Assembly (NCBI GenBank): GCA_037917685.1
Contig: JAVCBU010000003.1
Coordinates: forward strand, 192,001 to 256,000
Direction of reading: 5' to 3'
From: Thermoproteota archaeon
GTDB taxonomy: Archaea > Korarchaeota > Korarchaeia > Korarchaeales > JAOZGB01
Length of the DNA stretch: 64,000 nt
The position numbers and the translations under genes were made by a program. The notes under the pieces are model-generated. The model was not told where the DNA came from. It worked only from the letters and a program-made list of their open reading frames with translations, and made no database searches. Below, piece after piece: positions 46,652 to 57,274 of the stretch; within the stretch, counting starts at the first letter, position 1; each line of letters begins with the position of its first letter.

Positions 46652-47518
46652 ATGATAACCACAATAATACTTGCAGGTGGGCTTAGCAGAAGGTTCAATC
46701 TTAGAGACAAGCTTACATATAAGTTGGAAGGAAAAACCCTGATAGAGCACACCGTAGAAGCCGCGTCCGAGATTTCCGACGAGATAGTGGTCACCGTAGA
46801 CAACAGTAGAAGACTGGAGAAGTACAAGGGAATCCTAGGCATGCATGATGTTACCTTCGCAGTAGACGACTCCTCAAAGGAGAGGACACCCATGAGGGGC
46901 ATAATAGCGGGGGTTAAAGCCTCCCAAGGAGACGCCATAATAGTAATCCCGGGGGATGCTGTCCATATTAAAGGGGAAACACTGAGGCAACTTGTGGAGC
47001 CTTTAAAACACGGCTTTAAGGCTGTATCACCGATTGCTCCCAACGGCGATGTTGAAACCCTTTTCCAAGCTGTCGATGCAGGAGAAGCCAGGGTAAACGC
47101 TGACCTGCTTGGCAGGTACGGGTGGAGAAGAGCTGACGGACTGCTCAGGCTATCGGAGAGTCAGTTATACATAGCCTTCGAGGACTACTGCCAGTTTAAA
47201 ACGATTAACAAGCCTGAAGACTTGAAAGCAGCGGATAACCCGCCCCCTCCCCTAGGCGAATCATATGTGAAAGCCGTGCAGAAGGAGAGGAGAATAAGCA
47301 TCTCAGACGTGGAACCTGATCTCTACTGGGTTGAAAAGCTCGTTGAACATGGAGAATACTTCCTAGCAGGAGTGCTCTCTATGGTGATACTTGGGGAGGC
47401 CGTAGCCCCGGGGGTTGAAGCATTTCGGAGAGAAGCTGCAAGATACTTAGACGCAGGCATAATAATGTTCGTGAGGCACGCCCTAAAAGATGCACTCTGG
47501 CTTCAAAGACAGGTTTAA
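46652..47518 (+). CDS. mobA: molybdenum cofactor guanylyltransferase (MobA-like) with C-terminal extension
   Basis: ILAGGLSRRF..DK, PMRGI..G, IPGD, TINKPEDL. Confidence 0.75.
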   Translation: MITTIILAGGLSRRFNLRDKLTYKLEGKTLIEHTVEAASEISDEIVVTVDNSRRLEKYKGILGMHDVTFAVDDSSKERTPMRGIIAGVKASQGDAIIVIPGDAVHIKGETLRQLVEPLKHGFKAVSPIAPNGDVETLFQAVDAGEARVNADLLGRYGWRRADGLLRLSESQLYIAFEDYCQFKTINKPEDLKAADNPPPPLGESYVKAVQKERRISISDVEPDLYWVEKLVEHGEYFLAGVLSMVILGEAVAPGVEAFRREAARYLDAGIIMFVRHALKDALWLQRQV

Positions 47519-47523
47519 AACTA

Positions 47524-47679
47524 TCATGCCCTCTTAATAAGTTTTTTGAAATGGTCTAGTGCCTCCTCAACGGTCAGCACGTCACCAGGCATTCCGTACT
47601 CCTGTAGCTTCTGCGCAAGCATAGTTATATGGGGAGGCTTAATATACGCCTTCCTCAATATATCTACCTGCCTGAACAC
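47524..47679 (-). pseudogene. C-terminal remnant of ECF ATPase (EcfA2)
   Basis: VFRQVDILRKAYIKPPHITMLAQKL...LTVEEA* resembles the tail of the 51135-51968 protein. Confidence 0.75.
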
Positions 47680-48189
47680 CTAAAGACCTATAGACCTCAG
47701 GGCAAGCCCAGCCATATAACAAAGGGAGAAGGGAACCTTGAGTGACCTTAAGCCCACTACAACATCCCTCTCCCTCGTGGTGCTAAGGAAGAAGATGATT
47801 ATCAGGATGGCGAATATAAGCCTAATATAAACCATCATTGCCCACCTAAGGTTCTCCCAGCAAATCTTTATAGGGCCAATCTCAACCAGAACCCTATACT
47901 CAGGCCTATACCCCCCGAAAAATGTGTAGGCGATAGCAAGGACGAAGAACAGGTTGATAAACGCAAGCTTATAATTCTTAATAATCCTGAGGTCAACCTT
48001 CCCATACTTAAAAATAGCAAACATAAACAGAATCCCAACAACATTCAGCTCAGGAATCTCCACGAGCATAGGATAGGCGCTTACAACAAGCAAGAATAAA
48101 AGCCGCGTCAAGGGGTGAAGCATTAAAATAGGTGACTCCTCAGGCAAGTATCCAAGAAGGCTTCTCTTCATCTTACCCATATGAAACAC
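47680..48189 (-). pseudogene. 3'-truncated ECF T component
   Basis: YLPEESPI..LHPLTRL, STTRERD...L..LKVP...ALR, then stop; ARG motifs missing. Confidence 0.78.
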
Positions 48190-48213
48190 CTGCTAAAGAA
48201 AAATAGGGGGGAT

Positions 48214-48640
48214 TTAGGCCAGCCATCCCTTACAGAACGCTCTGTGTCTGACAACCAGTGGAGATAGGGCCTTCAACAGTATGATCCCAAAGATCAGGCT
48301 TGGTATGCCGTTTCCAATGGTCCAGCCAGAGAAGAACAGTGGCACGCTTTCAACTGTAATGAGCCCTATGGCCTGTAGTGCAGTCACAGCCCAGGCAGCG
48401 CCGATGACATTGTTAATTATCACACCAAAGAGAATATACCCTATATAGTCCTTGGCTGATGTAAGCCTTGGGTCAAGCTTCATATACTTGAATGCTAGCA
48501 GCGGGATCAAGCCCTGAAGCAGGTTTGAAGGTAGATAAGCGAAGCTTACGTAGAGCGGAGCCCCGGCCAGCGAGTTAGATATGAACGGGAACAGGAAGCC
48601 AGCAGCGACGCTCCAGAGGCCGAACCAGATCGACTCCCCT
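48214..48640 (-). pseudogene. 5'-truncated ECF S component-like membrane protein
   Basis: Frame is open upstream (SIWFGLW...) but has no start before a stop at the end of sfsA. Confidence 0.65.
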
Positions 48641-48652
48641 AAATACCTAGAT

Positions 48653-49426
48653 TCAATCTTTGTTTAGGGGTAGAAGTGTGACGGGTATCCTCCTAACCGG
48701 CTTAATCTCTAATCCATTAAAGGTGAAAGTATATGCTATTATGCCTACCCCCTTGTCAAACGCCTCCACAAGACCCCTTGAGAATTCCGGATCTGTCGCC
48801 CAGTTAGGCATGAAAATCTTTGCATCTGGCCTCATTACTAGGAAGAGAACATAGGCCTTTAATCCATCTTCTACAGCCCTAATAAGGGTTTTCAAATGCC
48901 TTAAACCCCTGTTGGTCGGGGCGTCCGGGAATAAGGCTGTCCCCCCGACGACTAGGGTGCATCCTTTAACCTCCACTAGTGTAGGCGGGCTTCCGAGGAC
49001 CTGGAGGTCAATCCTGCTATCTCCGTATTTTACCTCCGGTCTAATACCATGTTCGGCTTTTATCTCCGGAATGACTCCAGCGCTTAATAGTTCAATTGCT
49101 AGGCTCGTGTGAAGTCCAGAGTTGACAACTGTCCATATAGTACCGTCATGTACAGCTATTACCTCGCAGTCCGTCTTCCTACGTTTCCCTTCAACCTCTA
49201 TGAACATGACTTTCACATCCGGCTTTAGAAGCTCTCTAAGCCTTCCAGGATCTCTAAGATGGCACCTCCTAACACCCTTCTCAGTCTTTATCAAGACTGT
49301 GAACCTGTTAGGCCTCCCCTTGAATAGTCCTACTTTCTTTCTACCTTCAACTATCAACCCGCTACGTCTAGCTAGGAAGGGTCGTCCATTATTTAATAGT
49401 ACATGTTTTAGATTCTCAATCCTCAA
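48653..49426 (-). CDS. sfsA: DNA/RNA nuclease SfsA
   Basis: RPNRF, HLRDPGRLREL, EVKYGDSRID, VEVKGCTL, FPDAPTNRGLRHL; start may lie further downstream. Confidence 0.95.
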   Translation of the reverse strand: MRIENLKHVLLNNGRPFLARRSGLIVEGRKKVGLFKGRPNRFTVLIKTEKGVRRCHLRDPGRLRELLKPDVKVMFIEVEGKRRKTDCEVIAVHDGTIWTVVNSGLHTSLAIELLSAGVIPEIKAEHGIRPEVKYGDSRIDLQVLGSPPTLVEVKGCTLVVGGTALFPDAPTNRGLRHLKTLIRAVEDGLKAYVLFLVMRPDAKIFMPNWATDPEFSRGLVEAFDKGVGIIAYTFTFNGLEIKPVRRIPVTLLPLNKD

Positions 49427-49584
49427 ATATGATTAGAGTAGGATAACCTACCACCTTTAAGGCAAAGAAACGTCATCATCGAAGTATAATTCCACTTTAA
49501 AGCTGCTATGACTACGTTTCCATAGTAGAGTATGATCTCGTCCCCTGTACCTAAGCTTCCTCTTCACACATTGGAAGAATGATT

Positions 49585-49968
49585 TCACATGGAAAGAGAT
49601 TCTATTTCTTCCTTCATTTTAAGGTATTGTTCCTTCGTTATCTTTCCCCTTGCATACCTTTCTTTAAGTATGTTGAGAGCTCTTTCGCTGCTTCTATATG
49701 ATTCGCTTCTTCTAAGTTCGGTGAATAGATAATATCCCCCCACTAATAATAGTAGGAGAAAGACAAGCACTATTAGGTACATATAAACCCATCCGTATCC
49801 TCCTCCACCCATCATTCCATGATCAGAATGTTCGCCGTATTCTTGATGTCCATGTCCGCGCCAGCCCCACGATGACCACATGAATTTGGGTAAAATAGTT
49901 ATCAATAGTATAAAGGCCAAAATGGCCCAGATCAGATTTTTGTTCTCTCTAGACATTAAGATATACAC
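49585..49968 (-). CDS. SHOCT-domain membrane protein with His/Met/Gly-rich loop
   Basis: Two TMs, HGHQ..EHSDHGMMGGG, ALNILKERYARGKITKEQY. Confidence 0.85.
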   Translation of the reverse strand: MYILMSRENKNLIWAILAFILLITILPKFMWSSWGWRGHGHQEYGEHSDHGMMGGGGYGWVYMYLIVLVFLLLLLVGGYYLFTELRRSESYRSSERALNILKERYARGKITKEQYLKMKEEIESLSM

Positions 49969-50292
49969 CTTTGTAAAGTTGTAAATCTATATATTCTAGC
50001 TATCATCCTAATAGTTTTCTGCGGCTTACTGTAAGAGCTGTTTCCGGGGGTAGAGCAAGTCCTAGTGATTTTAAAATCTCGAAATCTGAAATATTAAGCC
50101 CTTTAAATTCAGGATAGGCTGGTATTCAATGGATTGTCGCCGCCAGATTCTAGAGAACCGGAATGTTAGGAGGCATGATTTGTCAAAACCGTTGTCTAAT
50201 TTGATTTCACGTTTAATCATGGGCTCAGGTTGTAATTATATTTTAATTATTTAGAAACCTTATAAGAGGCATGGATTCCGAGGTGGGATAGA

Positions 50293-51147
50293 TTGGGAGT
50301 GGTGGAAATTAGGGATCTATGGGTTAAGTATAGTGTTGGCGACTGGGTTCTTAAAGGAATAAACCTGGACGTTAATGAAGGCGAGTTTGTAGTTATAATG
50401 GGGCCTTCTGGATGTGGGAAATCTACACTGTGCTACACAATTAACGGAATTATACCACACCTCTTGTCCGGGAAAGTTAAGGGAAGCATAAGGGTTGGTG
50501 GCATTGATACTTTGAAATCTTCTGTTTCCAGGATTTCGCAGCTTGTAGGGATGGTTTTCCAGAACCCGGACAGTCAGCTTACAGCGTTGACGGTTGAGGA
50601 TGAGGTTGCATTCGGCCCGGAGAACCTTGCCCTGCCGAGGGAAGAGGTGGAGAGGAGGGTTGAGGAGGCTTTGTCGCTGGTCAGGCTCGTCCACGCCAGG
50701 AAGAGGAACCCCCAAAGCCTAAGCGGCGGAGAAAAACAAGCGCTTGTAATAGCCTCTGTTCTGGCTTTGCGTCCTAAGATACTTGTTTTGGACGAGCCTA
50801 CCTCCATGCTTGACCCTATAGGCCAGAAGAGGGTTTCAGACCTGATAGTTAAGCTTAACGAGGAGGAGAACATGACTATAATCGCGGTGGATCATAGGAT
50901 AGAATGGGCTTCTGAGCATGCGGATAGGATAGCGATTATGGAAGATGGCAGGATAGTGCTTGAAGGCTCGCCTAGAGAGGTCTTCTCCCATAAAGACCTG
51001 GTTAGGAGCATAGGTTTCAGGCCGCCTGAGGTTACAGAACTCTTTTATATCCTTGAGGATGAGGGCTTAAACGTTGAAGAGTACCCTGTTGTCCTAAGTG
51101 AAGGTGAAAAAGCTCTGCGAAAGGTGGTGACGGGTTGGAGGAAATAA
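50293..51147 (+). CDS. ecfA1: ECF transporter ATPase EcfA1
   Basis: GPSGCGKST, VFQNPDSQ, FGPENL, LSGGEKQ, LDEPT. Confidence 0.92.
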   Translation: MGVVEIRDLWVKYSVGDWVLKGINLDVNEGEFVVIMGPSGCGKSTLCYTINGIIPHLLSGKVKGSIRVGGIDTLKSSVSRISQLVGMVFQNPDSQLTALTVEDEVAFGPENLALPREEVERRVEEALSLVRLVHARKRNPQSLSGGEKQALVIASVLALRPKILVLDEPTSMLDPIGQKRVSDLIVKLNEEENMTIIAVDHRIEWASEHADRIAIMEDGRIVLEGSPREVFSHKDLVRSIGFRPPEVTELFYILEDEGLNVEEYPVVLSEGEKALRKVVTGWRK

Positions 51148-51968
51148 TAAGGGTTGAAGACCTTTATTACACCTATCCAGGCGGTGTTGAGGCTTTAAAA
51201 GGAATCTCCCTATCCATCTTTAAAGGAGAGTTCATAGGGCTAGTAGGTGAGAACGGGTCAGGCAAGACAACCCTTGCAAAACATTTTAACGGCCTCCTCA
51301 AGCCTACCAGGGGCAGAGTACTTGTCTTCGGAGACGACACACGCCGCGCTAGCACGGCAAGCCTCTCAAGGAAGGTTGGATATGTCTTTCAAAATCCAGA
51401 CTCGATGCTCTTCGGCAGAACAGTTCTGGAAGAGGTTTCCTTTGCGTTGAAAAACATTGGTGTCCCAAGTGAGAAGTGGGAGGACATGGTCAGGGACGCT
51501 CTGAGAAAGCTTGACCTCAACATACCCCTGGATGCGAACCCTCACCTGCTAAGCATGGGGCAGAGGCATAGGATAGCGATAGCAGACGTCCTCGTCATGA
51601 ACCCGGATGTCTTGATTCTAGATGAGCCCACGACAGGCCTCGACTATAAAAGGTGCATCCAGCTAATGGAGACTGTTAAGAAGATCCACCGAGAGGGGAG
51701 AACAGTTATTCTAATAACCCACGACATCTCCCTAGTAGCAAGATATGTTGGGAGGGTTATAGTTTTGAAGAATGGAAGCCTGCTGGCCGAAGGCGACCCT
51801 CACAAAATACTATCCGATGTTGAACTCCTCCTGAAAAGCAACCTGACCCCGCCTCAGATAACCCTACTGGCCCAGAGGGTTAGGGACCTAGGATTCTCCC
51901 CTGAAACCATAAAAGTTGAGGAGATGGTTCAGCAAGTATTAGAAATCGTCGGGAAACCTACCATTTAA
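51135..51968 (+). CDS. ecfA2: ECF transporter ATPase EcfA2
   Basis: GENGSGKTT, VGYVFQNPD, LSMGQR, LDEPTTGLD. Confidence 0.92.
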   Translation: MEEIIRVEDLYYTYPGGVEALKGISLSIFKGEFIGLVGENGSGKTTLAKHFNGLLKPTRGRVLVFGDDTRRASTASLSRKVGYVFQNPDSMLFGRTVLEEVSFALKNIGVPSEKWEDMVRDALRKLDLNIPLDANPHLLSMGQRHRIAIADVLVMNPDVLILDEPTTGLDYKRCIQLMETVKKIHREGRTVILITHDISLVARYVGRVIVLKNGSLLAEGDPHKILSDVELLLKSNLTPPQITLLAQRVRDLGFSPETIKVEEMVQQVLEIVGKPTI

Positions 51969-52779
51969 CAGGTATATATCCAACCCCAAGCACAAATCTA
52001 AGGTAGAAGCCCAGCACTACCGCGGAGAGCAGGCATGCCAGCCAGGCATAGTCGGCACGTTTCATTTTAAGCTCGTGCAGGAACGTTCTATTATCCTTCG
52101 CGCCGAAGCACCTAGACTCCATGCTCATCGCGAGCTGAACGGTGAACTTCACCATCCTTGTTACGAGGGGTATGAATATTGGAATGTAATTCCTTATTTT
52201 CCTGAATATGTTTCCACGCTGCATCTCAAGGCCCCTGGACATCTGAGCCTCTATTATCTCCCTTGTCTCAGACGCCATAACAGGGATAAACCTCAACGCA
52301 ATGGTGAATATGTATCCAGCCTTGTATGGGAGGCCGGCCTTCATGGCTGCCTGGACAGCATCCCTTGGGAAGGTTGTTGAGAGGATTATAAGCATGCATG
52401 TGATTGGGTTTAGGATTAGAAAGGCCTTCCCGAAGGCATATAGGAGGCCTATCTCGGTGTATTTCCAGTTGAGAACCGGGATTGTAAATATGACTTTCCC
52501 AACTTGGAGGGGCGCCCTTCTAGGCCAGAAGACAAGGCATGCTAGGATGAATACGAGGCTGTTGAACGCTACGAAGAGAAACCTTTTAGGTGTGAGCCTT
52601 GCGAGCAGCCCGACAACTATGATGGATACATATATTAGCCCGTTAAACCTTGGATCGGAGAAGCATATCGAGAGAGCCAGGATAACTATGAACCATAGAA
52701 ACTTGCTTCTGGGGTCAAGCCTATGGATAAGGGTTTCCCCAGGGATGTAAAGCCCGTAGAGTGTTGACACAGGGGTCAC
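51958..52779 (-). CDS. ecfT: ECF transporter T component
   Basis: IHRLDPRSK, ALRFIP, EAQMSRG, MESRCFG. Confidence 0.92.
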   Translation of the reverse strand: MTPVSTLYGLYIPGETLIHRLDPRSKFLWFIVILALSICFSDPRFNGLIYVSIIVVGLLARLTPKRFLFVAFNSLVFILACLVFWPRRAPLQVGKVIFTIPVLNWKYTEIGLLYAFGKAFLILNPITCMLIILSTTFPRDAVQAAMKAGLPYKAGYIFTIALRFIPVMASETREIIEAQMSRGLEMQRGNIFRKIRNYIPIFIPLVTRMVKFTVQLAMSMESRCFGAKDNRTFLHELKMKRADYAWLACLLSAVVLGFYLRFVLGVGYIPVKW

Positions 52780-52800
52780 CTAAGGTAAAGAAGGGGGTTA

Positions 52801-53634
52801 CTATAGGAACTCTATCCTGTCAGCCCAGTACAAGCCCCACTGTTTCACTATCGGGTATAGTATGAACGCCAACACCTCCCCGACGATTGCTGTAACGATA
52901 GCATTGTTTACCACCACGAAGGGTGCGAAGAAGCCCCATATGAACTCTATTGGCAGGCCTACAAGAGGCTTAGCGACGTCAAGCCACCAGCTAATATATA
53001 GTGAGCACCACACGCTTCCAACCAGGACCCCCCAGAAGTAGTAGTCGAATACCGACCTGGCAGATCTCATGCTGTGGTCTTTCATGAACTTGTATGGTAT
53101 GTATGCGAGTATGAAGTTTCCAACGAATCCTCCTATGCTGCCTACCCCAAGGTATCCTGCCAGTAGGTCCGCTATGAAGTTTCCTACAGCCGTCCCAACG
53201 CAGCCCGGTATTCCGAAAAGCATCCCGAAGATTGGGCTAAGCATGTTTGCAGGCCTTATCCATGTGAACCCGGGAATAATTGTTAGCCCCCCTGTTACCG
53301 TGAGTCCGCCGCCGTATACCGCCGCTGACAGGGCTGCAACGGCGACGTCTACGCTATCCCACTTTATCCTCTGCTTCACCAGGCGGAAGGGGAATTTGAA
53401 GGTGTAGCCGAGGAAAACCTCCATTATGAAGAACGCGGTGCCTAGGATCCAGAGTATTCCGCCGACTACGAGCCAGAATGGCCTCCCAAGCTTGAAGAAT
53501 GCTTTAGCCCAGACCCAGTTCTCAGGCCCTTGCCTGGCGAACGTTACAGCCCCGTGGATGGAAAGGATTATCGCTACCACGGCTACGATTATAGCCGGAA
53601 TGTACATGGTCCTACTCTTCTCCATCCCCCTCAC
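52801..53634 (-). CDS. ECF S component (QueT-like) with two extra N-terminal TMs
   Basis: AALSAAVY, WIRPAN...FGMLFG.PG..G.AVGNFIADL. Confidence 0.78.
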   Translation of the reverse strand: MRGMEKSRTMYIPAIIVAVVAIILSIHGAVTFARQGPENWVWAKAFFKLGRPFWLVVGGILWILGTAFFIMEVFLGYTFKFPFRLVKQRIKWDSVDVAVAALSAAVYGGGLTVTGGLTIIPGFTWIRPANMLSPIFGMLFGIPGCVGTAVGNFIADLLAGYLGVGSIGGFVGNFILAYIPYKFMKDHSMRSARSVFDYYFWGVLVGSVWCSLYISWWLDVAKPLVGLPIEFIWGFFAPFVVVNNAIVTAIVGEVLAFILYPIVKQWGLYWADRIEFL

Positions 53635-53915
53635 CCCTTAGCCTTTTTAACAGCAATCCAACCTATCACCAGGCCTATGATTATGATAACGGCAGCGATA
53701 ATGTTCGTGGCATAGCCTATCTCTGGAGGCTGCTTCCCATATATGCCTAGCTTGGATAGCAAGTGGTAGCCGAGAAGCACGATAATCCATAAGATACCTA
53801 TGAAGACCAGCGGCATGCCTAGAGGTGTTTTCAAGCTGTACTTAACTAGCAACCCTATCAGAAGGAATATCGCTCCTAGAATCCATAGGATTGTGATCGG
53901 CTCCATCATGACCAC
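53631..53915 (-). CDS. small 3-TM membrane protein
   Basis: Hydrophobic; its stop overlaps the S-component start. Confidence 0.7.
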   Translation of the reverse strand: MVMMEPITILWILGAIFLLIGLLVKYSLKTPLGMPLVFIGILWIIVLLGYHLLSKLGIYGKQPPEIGYATNIIAAVIIIIGLVIGWIAVKKAKG

Positions 53916-53999
53916 CTTCGTTTTTCGGCATATCTAGCCTAGACTTTAATATAAATTTTGGCTATGGTTTCGCAGCTCTTATGATGGTTAGTGCCATGT

Positions 54000-54584
54000 T
54001 CACGCTGCCTTCGAAAATATTGCGGCCGCCATTGTTAGTACTCCAACCACGGAGAGAGTTAGCCCAACTGTAAGGTTGTAAAACCTTAGGAGGTATCCTA
54101 GGACAAGGGTTAGGGATGAAACACCGAAGAGAAGGGCTTTAAGACTCTTAAACTTGAGGTAGGCATACCAGAAGATCGCTACGGCAGGGGCTAGAGTAAG
54201 CATGGAAACCGCGGCTGAAAGGGCAGGGTAGCCCGCCAGCCTAAATGCAACCGTCAATACGCCCAGGATGAGGGGTGTAACCATGTATTTCATTTCCTCC
54301 CATGCTATAAGTATGGCGCCGGCCAGCAATATGCTGCTCGAGGCCGCCCCGAAGACCACTACAAGCTTCTCTCCCAGCTCGACCGGGGTGGTGAAGGTTA
54401 GAGGCGAGTATGACTTCGCCGGGGAGGCGGCGCCCTCGGCAAGGCCTATCATCAGCATGAGCATGCTCCACATGAGGAGGGGTTTAAGCTTTGTCATGGC
54501 GTACTTCAACAGCAATATTCCGAACATTACCATAGCCGAAACTATGAGGAGAGATCTTAATACTATCTCTATACTGGTCATCAA
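54000..54584 (-). CDS. multi-pass membrane protein
   Basis: About 7 hydrophobic segments. Confidence 0.7.
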   Translation of the reverse strand: MMTSIEIVLRSLLIVSAMVMFGILLLKYAMTKLKPLLMWSMLMLMIGLAEGAASPAKSYSPLTFTTPVELGEKLVVVFGAASSSILLAGAILIAWEEMKYMVTPLILGVLTVAFRLAGYPALSAAVSMLTLAPAVAIFWYAYLKFKSLKALLFGVSSLTLVLGYLLRFYNLTVGLTLSVVGVLTMAAAIFSKAA

Positions 54585-54675
54585 AGTCGACTTATCAGCT
54601 GTTATTATTTTAATTTTATCTCACAACACCTAGTAGTCTCGAAATTATTAAGTAAACCAGTGGCTAACTATAGAT

Positions 54676-55998
54676 ATGTCTGAAAGCCTGCTGCTTCAGA
54701 ACATACGGGTTTTACTAACACAAGACCGTACTAGAAAAATAATGAGAAACGTCCATGTTCTAATCGAGAATGGTAAGATATCTAAGATCTCACGCCAACC
54801 CTTGAAAGCCGATATTAAGATCGACTGTAGCAGGTTTATGGCGGCTCCCGGGCTCGTAAACTCGCACACGCATATTGCAATGTCACTCTTCAGGGGTGTA
54901 GCAGACGATCTACCTCTCAAGGAATGGCTGTACGAAAGAATATGGCCTATGGAGGAGCACCTAACACCTGAAATGGTTAGAACAGGAGCCCTGCTTGGAA
55001 TAGCGGAATCCATCCATTCCGGTGCCACATGCTTCGTTGACATGTACTTCTACGAAGACCAGATCGCCGAAGCATGCGTCGAAGCTGGGGTAAGGGGAGT
55101 CCTAGCAACAGGTTACATGGACTACGGGACACCTCAGAAACGCGACCCCTTCAAGGTTCTATCAGAGGCTGAAAACTACGTCAAAAGATGGAAAGACAGA
55201 AACCCCCTGGTGACCCCAAGCCTTGGCCCCCACGCACCCTACTCCTGCAGCCCTGAGCTTCTTGAAAAGACGGCTGAACTATCCGCCAGGTATGACATTC
55301 CCGTACACATCCACCTTGCAGAGGACAGGGAGCTAGCAGACCAGGTAAAGAGGAAAAGCGGAGTAACATCCACCGAGCTCCTAGACAGGACAGGCCTTCT
55401 AGATAGAAGACTGATAACAGCCCACACCATCTGGATCTCCGACTCAGATATGAAACTCCTAGCGAGAAGAAGCGTCCTAGTAGCCCACGTTCCCGTGACC
55501 AATGTTAAGATGGCTCAGGGAATAGCTAAAGTCCCCGAGATGCTGAGCCAAGGCGTAAACGTAGGCCTTGGGACAGACGGGGCTGGAAGCAACAACCTTC
55601 TTGACATGTTCGAGGTGATGAAGACAGCCGCTATAATCCACAAGCAAAGGCTTTCTGACCCGACAGCCCTGCCGGCTCAGAAAGTCCTTGACATGGCGAC
55701 AACAATCCCTGCAAGAGTGCTCGGGCTGCCAACAGGCTCGATCGAGGAGGGAAAGGATGCTGATATAATCCTCGTAAGTCTCGACAGGCCTTGGCTTACC
55801 CCCCTACACAGCCCAGTAGCCCATCTCGTTTACAGTGTAAGAATAGGAGATGTAGACACCGTCCTGGTAGCAGGTAAAATAGTGATGCTTCACGGCCGCA
55901 TCACGACCTTCAGCGTCGAGGACACGATTAGGAAGACTGAAGAAGATGCCTTAAAGCTTGTCAGAGACTCCGGCGTGGAAAGCTTCCTAAAACAGTAG
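54676..55998 (+). CDS. mtaD: 5'-methylthioadenosine/S-adenosylhomocysteine deaminase
   Basis: PGLVNSHTH, RGVADDL.L.EWL...IWP.E, PHAPYSC, HIHLAE, LGTDGAGSNN. Confidence 0.88.
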   Translation: MSESLLLQNIRVLLTQDRTRKIMRNVHVLIENGKISKISRQPLKADIKIDCSRFMAAPGLVNSHTHIAMSLFRGVADDLPLKEWLYERIWPMEEHLTPEMVRTGALLGIAESIHSGATCFVDMYFYEDQIAEACVEAGVRGVLATGYMDYGTPQKRDPFKVLSEAENYVKRWKDRNPLVTPSLGPHAPYSCSPELLEKTAELSARYDIPVHIHLAEDRELADQVKRKSGVTSTELLDRTGLLDRRLITAHTIWISDSDMKLLARRSVLVAHVPVTNVKMAQGIAKVPEMLSQGVNVGLGTDGAGSNNLLDMFEVMKTAAIIHKQRLSDPTALPAQKVLDMATTIPARVLGLPTGSIEEGKDADIILVSLDRPWLTPLHSPVAHLVYSVRIGDVDTVLVAGKIVMLHGRITTFSVEDTIRKTEEDALKLVRDSGVESFLKQ

Positions 55999-56026
55999 CC
56001 TAACACACGCCTAGAATGCTATAAAG

Positions 56027-57274
56027 CTACCTCCATGACTGCAGATACTTCTCCTGCTCCTCTGTAAGGCTGTCTATGGATATACCCATTGATTCAAGCT
56101 TGTAGGACGCAACCTTATAGTCTATCTCCTCTGGTAACACGTAGACCCTTCTTTCCATCTCATCATGCTTCTCAACGATGTACCTTGCCGCAAGAGCCTG
56201 AAGCGAGAAGCTTAAATCCATGATGTCAGCTGGGTGTCCATCGGCAGCAGCCAGGTTTACAAGCCTCCCATCGCAGAGCAGGTATATCCTCCTACCATCT
56301 CTAAGCCTGTACTCCGTTATGTTAGGCCTAGGCTCCGTCTTGCCTACAGCTATCTCCTCCAGGTCTCTCTTGGATATCTCAACGTCGAAGTGGCCTGCGT
56401 TAGCAAGTATTACACCATCTTTCATCCTTTCAAAATGCTCCCTCCTAATAACGTTAATGTTTCCCGTCGCAGTAATGAAGATGTCTCCTATCTCAGCGGC
56501 CTTAGACATGGACATAACGGTGAATCCATCCATTCTAGCCTCCAAGGCTCTGATAGGGTTAACCTCTGTCACTATAACGTTACCTCCCATGCCGCTTAGC
56601 CTCATAGCCAGGCCCCTGCCAACCCAGCCGTAGCCTGCGACTACAATGTTCCTACCAGCCAGCAGCAGGTTGGTGGCTCTAAGCAGCCCGTCTATCGTGG
56701 ACTGCCCCGTGCCATACCGGTTGTCAAAGAGATACTTACACTTCGAGTCATTCACGGCTATAACAGGGAAGGAAAGGATGCCCTCCCTCTCCAACGCCTT
56801 ATACCTTTTAACACCGCTTGTTGTCTCCTCAGATCCGCCGATAACTCTACCAAGCAGGTCTTTCCGCCTGGTGTGGAGCATAACGCCGAGGTCTCCGCCG
56901 TCATCTATTATAATATCAGGCTGTAGGGATAGTGCCCTATCAAGGTTTGCATAGTACTCCTCCTCCGTCTCTCCACGCCAGGCATAGACATGTACTCCCT
57001 CATCAGCAAGGGCTGCTGCCACGTCGTCCTGGGTTGTAAGAGGGTTACTACCAGCAATACTGATCTCTGCACCAGCATCCCTTAGGACAAGCGCAAGAAA
57101 AGCTGTTTTCATCTCCAAGTGTAGGCAGCAGGCGATCCTCAAACCCTTGAAAGGCTTATCCCTCTCGAACTCTCTTCTAATAATGTTTAGGACGGGCATG
57201 AACCTTGAAACCCAGTCTATCTTCGCCCTACCATCCGGGGCAAGACCGATATCCTTGACAAGGTAGTCCTCCAC
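56027..57274 (-). CDS. ahcY: adenosylhomocysteinase / S-inosylhomocysteine hydrolase
   Basis: [48 protein letters not shown]; GTG start at 57274. Confidence 0.95.
   Translation of the reverse strand: MEDYLVKDIGLAPDGRAKIDWVSRFMPVLNIIRREFERDKPFKGLRIACCLHLEMKTAFLALVLRDAGAEISIAGSNPLTTQDDVAAALADEGVHVYAWRGETEEEYYANLDRALSLQPDIIIDDGGDLGVMLHTRRKDLLGRVIGGSEETTSGVKRYKALEREGILSFPVIAVNDSKCKYLFDNRYGTGQSTIDGLLRATNLLLAGRNIVVAGYGWVGRGLAMRLSGMGGNVIVTEVNPIRALEARMDGFTVMSMSKAAEIGDIFITATGNINVIRREHFERMKDGVILANAGHFDVEISKRDLEEIAVGKTEPRPNITEYRLRDGRRIYLLCDGRLVNLAAADGHPADIMDLSFSLQALAARYIVEKHDEMERRVYVLPEEIDYKVASYKLESMGISIDSLTEEQEKYLQSWR

Noticed and set aside
49969-50292. AT-rich intergenic stretch as a possible origin or ncRNA
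   Set aside because: No ORB-like repeats, cdc6 or box motifs; consistent with a divergent promoter region
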